A stretch of 54,613 nucleotides of DNA, filler included, from Jimgerdemannia flammicorona (taxonomy: Eukaryota), in assembly GCA_003990765.1 (NCBI GenBank). It is 3 parts of 3 records of this genome, joined end to end, with 100 filler letters (N's around TTAATTAATTAA, not from the genome) between each part and the next. Parts side by side here need not be neighbours in the genome. Positions count along the whole stretch, not along the records: positions 36,478 to 54,613 come from RBNJ01002292.1; 2 more parts are not named here. One strand, given 5' to 3'. The notes beneath the pieces were generated by a model, which did not search any database, had not been told where the DNA came from, and worked only from the letters and a program-made list of their open reading frames with translations. This document shows, in pieces, positions 49,672 through 54,613 of this stretch; within the stretch, counting starts at the first letter, position 1; every line of letters starts with the position of its first letter. The position numbers and the translations under genes were made by a program.

Positions 49672-50270
49672 AGAGGTAGCTTCCACCCAAGTACTGGGTA
49701 GTATGGTGGAGGATGCTATGTAGGAATATCATGTTAAATTTCCACACTAGGTATCTGGTAGATGGTGGTCTACTGGAATGTGAAGTATGTTACAATATAG
49801 GACAAGTTGGGGGATTTGTGCAGATACAAGAATATTGGCTGTGAGAGTGCAAGATTATAAGAGACTTTTGGATAGTAGTAGTGGACCAGCTGGGTGTGAA
49901 GAGGAGACCAGATGGGGAGAGAGGTCACTGGGAAGACTTGAGTACAAGGTTGATGAGTGGAGTAGGCAATGAATGGCTCACTATAAAGTGGGTTTTAGCT
50001 ATATAGATAGGGCTAGTTGGACATTGGCCCTTCATTTTTAAGAAGGGGCAACAGCTGAGTTTGCAGGCAAGATTGTTGAGATAAGAGGTGTTGATAGAAG
50101 ATATACTGACAGAGTGGTGGATTGGATGAAGTGGGTGTCACTATCATCTGGTGGAAGAGATTTATGGACAGAGTGGTGGGTGGGTGGAGGTGATTAATGG
50201 TCTAGTGATCTTTAATCAAGAGGAAGTAGGGGGTGGGGGGGCCCTTTAGGGAGATTGGAGAGAGGTGGGC
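49672..50270 (+). mobile_element. LINE-C continuation (C-terminal zinc-binding region)
   Basis: LPPKYWVVWWRMLCRNIML matches LINE-A VPPKYWVVWWQFLRRNVML. Confidence 0.8.
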
Positions 50271-50795
50271 TCATTGTAAGAGGTATGCTTGAAGTTACAG
50301 TTGGTACCATGGTATATGAATTGCTTGACCATGCAAGTCATTTTTCATATAGAGATTATGTTAAGATTGATTTTATAATCTTATCTATAATAATTTGCTA
50401 ATTGTTAATATACAAGTTGTTAAATGTCTTATTATTGATTACTATGGAATAAGTGGATAAGGATAAGTTGTTTTCTTATTGGAATCTCTCTTATATTAAA
50501 ATATATAATACTATTATACCTGATCTTCTTTATTAAGTTGAAAAATAAAATTATTGCTTAATTTAAGCTTCTAATTCAAACTCAATATACTGATATATAA
50601 CTTACTATACTGAATGAATACTTATTTTACTCTCATTCTATATTTTCATAGTCTTAAATATTTTCTATATGATACATATCTCACAACTTTTACAAATAAC
50701 TGCACATTTTGTTAGTCAGCACTTGAGACTTCTTTGTATATTTAGATAGAGTACTCAAATATATTAGATCATATATTGAATAGTACTATTACTTC

Positions 50796-50894
50796 TGTTG
50801 TAAAAGAGGGAGACACTTTATTGAAGTTGTATAGATTGTATATTTCTTACATTACTAATAAATAATATAAATATGATAGAATAGCATACCGACA
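50796..50894 (-). mobile_element. Very short (99 bp) copia solo LTR
   Basis: TG...CA ends, homologous to ~11650-11736, flanked by cttc on both sides. Confidence 0.6.
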
Positions 50895-51269
50895 CTTCTA
50901 CTCAATGAGATATATAATCAAAAAAAAAAAAAAAAAAAAAAATTTTTAAAAAAAAAAAAAAAAAAAAAAATACAATATGTATCCAAAAAAAAGAATGCAA
51001 ACTAGAATAAAAAGTAATACAAAATATATACAAAAACTGGAACTATATATTACCCAAAGAACTAGAATAAAATTCTATATTTAAGGAATTTTCACAGGTT
51101 GAAAAGTGTTTCAAAATACTCAAAATATCCACTCATAGGTGAAAAATATGAAAAATGTAATATATGTAATCCTCTTATAAATGAGAGATATAATCAACAT
51201 AGAAGTTAGATATATATATAGATGATACAAGAGAATTTTGATAGTCTGAAAATTGTCCTATAGTTAACC

Positions 51270-53140
51270 AAATGTTTATATATAGCTCATAAGACCTATC
51301 TCTTTAGTATATTGCTCAAATTTCGGCCTTAGAAGGGTCTTGGTCAATAAGTCTGCAATTATATACTCTGTAGAGATGTATTTTAGATATATAGCACTGG
51401 GTTCTATACATTTGCATATAAAATAGTACTGTTTATCAATATGTTTCATTCTGCTACAGTGTACTGGATTTTTGGCAAGTATAATCATAGACTAGTTGTC
51501 TTGTCTGATCAGTATAGAGTTCCCCTGAGTAAGGCTGAGCTTCTTTAAAAGTCTATAGAGCCAAATGGCTTCTTTTGTTTCTAATGATAATATCTAGTAT
51601 TCTGCTTGTATTGATGATATTACCACAGAACTCTGTTTATGTATTTACTATGAAATGATGGATCCTTGGTCATAATGTAGAAGAGGTACCCAGTTATAGA
51701 ATAACGGTCATCTAAGTCTCCGACTTAATTGGTATTACATATACCAGATAGCTAAATGCTATTGCTTTTGCTATTTCTCCTGCTTAATCTAATTTCACTG
51801 CCCAATTAGAGTATATAATATACTGATCTCTTTAAGTATTGGAAAATTCTCTTAACAGGGCTCTAATTTGAATCATTATAGCAAGAAGAGTACTGTGCTA
51901 TCTTATTTGCAATGTATGATATGTCTGGTCTCATTCTTAGCATAAGATACATGAGAGAGCTGAGCACTTGTCAATAAGGAATGTTTTTGTTATCATCATC
52001 CTCAAGTATAGTATTTGACTTTGTTAGCTTCACAGAAGTATCCATAAGAGTGCTCACTAACTTATATTTACTTATATTGAAGTGTTTGAAGATAGCTTTG
52101 GTATATATTTCTTATGAGAGGTATATAGTAGATATATTTCTATTATGTATAATTGATATTCTCAAAAGAAAGGACATACATATAATCTATATAGATCATC
52201 TTAAATTCTTGGTATAGAGTTTTCTTTACTCTATTAAGCCTATTCTTACTGGTAATAATAATTATATCATTGATCTATATGCTAATAAATACTATACTAT
52301 TATTATAATACTAGATATATCTATAATTATCTACTTTACAATACATGAATCTATTATCAAAGAGATGTCTATCAATCCTTTTATTTCATAGCTATACCAC
52401 TTGCTTAATACTATATAATCTCTTATATAATCTACATATGAGCTTGTTGTTTTTATATCCTTGTGGTTGATGGATATATAGTTCAGTATTTATATCAGTA
52501 TTCAGAAATACCATCTTGACATCCATTTAATAGATTTCAAGGTCATATACTGTATTAATTACAAGGAGTATTCTAAGTAAAGTAAGCTTGAATATCAGTA
52601 AATGTCTCATTATAGTCTATATCATAATCCTGTAAATAGTCCTTGGTAACAAAATGAGCTTTATACTACTCTATATTACTATCAGTATTATGCTTTATCC
52701 TATATACCTACTTGGATCTAATTGCATAATGTTCTGGCAGAAGAGGTATTAGATCTTATCTGATATTCTTGATAAGTGAATTATATTTCTCATCTATTAC
52801 ACATTCTCATTTCTTATTGTCAGGATATTGTATAGCCTCATTATATATACTTGGCTCACTGAAAGATGTCTAAATATATGCATATTCATGTACTTTGGCA
52901 TAGCTCATGTGGTCTTTACATTGCTACTGTCTAGAGCTTACTGGTATGTCTCAATAACTTCCTAATTCTGAATATATCTCTTGGCATATATTGGAGCACT
53001 TTTACATTTGTTTATCCTTTATAGAAGATTCTTTGTTATTGTAGGATTTACCATCATCATCTTTATCTTTGATTTTAGTAATTCTTGGCTTAAGCAACTC
53101 TGGCTCAGACACATATAGTAGTTGGAAATAGTTTTGATTA
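51270..53140 (-). mobile_element. Ty1/copia RT-RNase H relic
   Basis: Minus strand shows KNPVHCSRMKHIDKQYYFI...IADLLTK (RNase H) and MDVKMVFLN (RT). Confidence 0.85.
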
Positions 53141-54460
53141 ACTACTCACTGACATCTGCAGCCCAATATGAACCCCGTCACATTCCAGCAAGAGGTATTT
53201 CCTCACATTCATTGATGATAATATGTGCAAGGCATATGTATATCTGCTATTAGCAAAAAGTGAAGCCTTGGAGAAATTCAAAGAATTCAAAGCCATTGCC
53301 GAGAATGAAACAGGATAAAGAATACATGCTATATACTCAGACAATGGTCAGGAGTATATGAATGGCCAATTTAGGTAATTCCTGACAAAACACAGCATAT
53401 GCCATCAGACAACAGCTCCCTATATGCCTCAGCAAAATGGCGTGGCTGAGCAATTTAACTATATGGTTATAGAAATGGCATGTATGATGATTAATACAGC
53501 CAGATTAGGATATTCTTATTGGGGAGAAGCCATGAATACAGTGACATACATTCACAACCAGTACATATCTTGATCACTAAGCAAGGATTCTGGCAATGAG
53601 CATTCTAGTGATACTGATTATACCTCTGAGGAGTTATGGAGCAGAATGAAGCTGGATGTATCCCATCTACAGATTTTCAATTGTAATGTATATGTTCTCA
53701 ACAAAAGCAATATTAATCATCATAAATTTGAGCCAAAGGCAATTAAGCATATCCTTCTAGGGTATAGCAGGACATCATATAGGCTCTGGAATCTGCATAT
53801 GGAATGCATGGTAATTTTATATGACATACAATTCTGAGAAAAGGTAGATTCAGAATGCATGAAAGTATAGGTCAAGACCTCTATGTTCCAGCCAGCATAA
53901 CAACCAATGCCAATGAAGACTCCAGCGGTGAATCAAAATTATTATCAACCACTGTATGAGAATGAGCCAATGTTTGAAAAACCAAAAATTACTAAGATCA
54001 ATAATGATGACAAATCCTCTGGTGATGAGAAAATCAAAATAAAAGACAAGCCAAAGCATAAGCCCAAGAATGAGATGTGTTCCAACTTAGGGAGTTATTG
54101 GAATGTGCCAGCAAGCCCCAGGCAGTAATGTAAGAATCACATGAGTTATGCCAACGTGTATGAATGCATGTAGATAGCTATATCTGGTGAGCCATATATA
54201 TATAATGAGGCTATGCAATGTCCTGACAGCAAAAAATGGGAACATGCAATGGATGAGGAATACGATTCACTTATTGAAAATGGTACCTGGGACTTAGTAC
54301 CTCTTCTGCCAAAATGTCAAGCAATCAGATCCAAATAGGTGTATAGAATAAAGCACAATGCTGAAGGAAATGTAGAGTAGTATAAAGCTTATTTCATGGC
54401 CAAGGGTTATTTGCAGGATTATGGTTTAGACTATGATGAGACCTTTTCAACTGTATTTAA

Positions 54461-54462
<2 letters not shown>
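53141..54462 (+). mobile_element. Ty1/copia integrase and start of RT (less eroded copy of the same family)
   Basis: RYFLTFIDD, SDNGQEY, PQQNGVAE, AMDEEYDSLIENGTWDLV, GLDYDETF. Confidence 0.9.
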
Positions 54463-54497
<35 letters not shown>

Positions 54498-54503
54498 CGT
54501 CAG

Positions 54504-54613
54504 CGATGGCTCTTTTATGGAGCAGTTCCTCAAGCAGCAGCAGCACCTTCCGCCTCCCATAGAGCAACCGAAATCCGATCCATCGCCTCCTCCTCCTTCC
54601 ACCACCACCTCCA
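54504..54613 (+). CDS. Probable host-gene exon (partial): DGSFMEQFLKQQQHLPPPIEQPKSDPSPPPPSTTTS
   Basis: Long T tract plus CAG acceptor (54501-54503). CpG-rich open frame starting with a (N)DGSFxxxF motif. Confidence 0.45.

Overview
Eukaryotic (most likely fungal) repeat-dense genomic DNA in three segments joined by two 100-bp N gaps, each with an artificial TTAATTAATTAA linker (18140-18239, 36378-36477). Adjacency across the gaps is therefore unproven. One intact host gene is present: a 5-exon MHYT-domain membrane sensor (14359-17038) in a CpG-rich island. A probable exon of a second host gene starts at the right edge. Almost everything else is nested, C>T/G>A-eroded transposable elements: three Ty3/gypsy elements (two with dUTPase, one with a chromodomain), four L1/Tx1-like LINEs (one full-length with a precise internal inversion and 19-bp TSD), Ty1/copia pieces, a hAT transposase relic and two hAT MITEs. 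The stand-out is an unusually intact Penelope-like retroelement (32592 to the gap at 36377). It has a novel zinc-finger ORF1, a predicted -1 frameshift (A AAA AAA plus pseudoknot) into the RT, and a head-to-head 336-bp fold-back at its 5' end. The 151-bp loop of the fold-back is packed with strand-specific C(GNA)G DNA mini-hairpin motifs, which resembles the opened hairpin end of a linear, self-priming DNA intermediate. All coordinates and alignments were read by eye.
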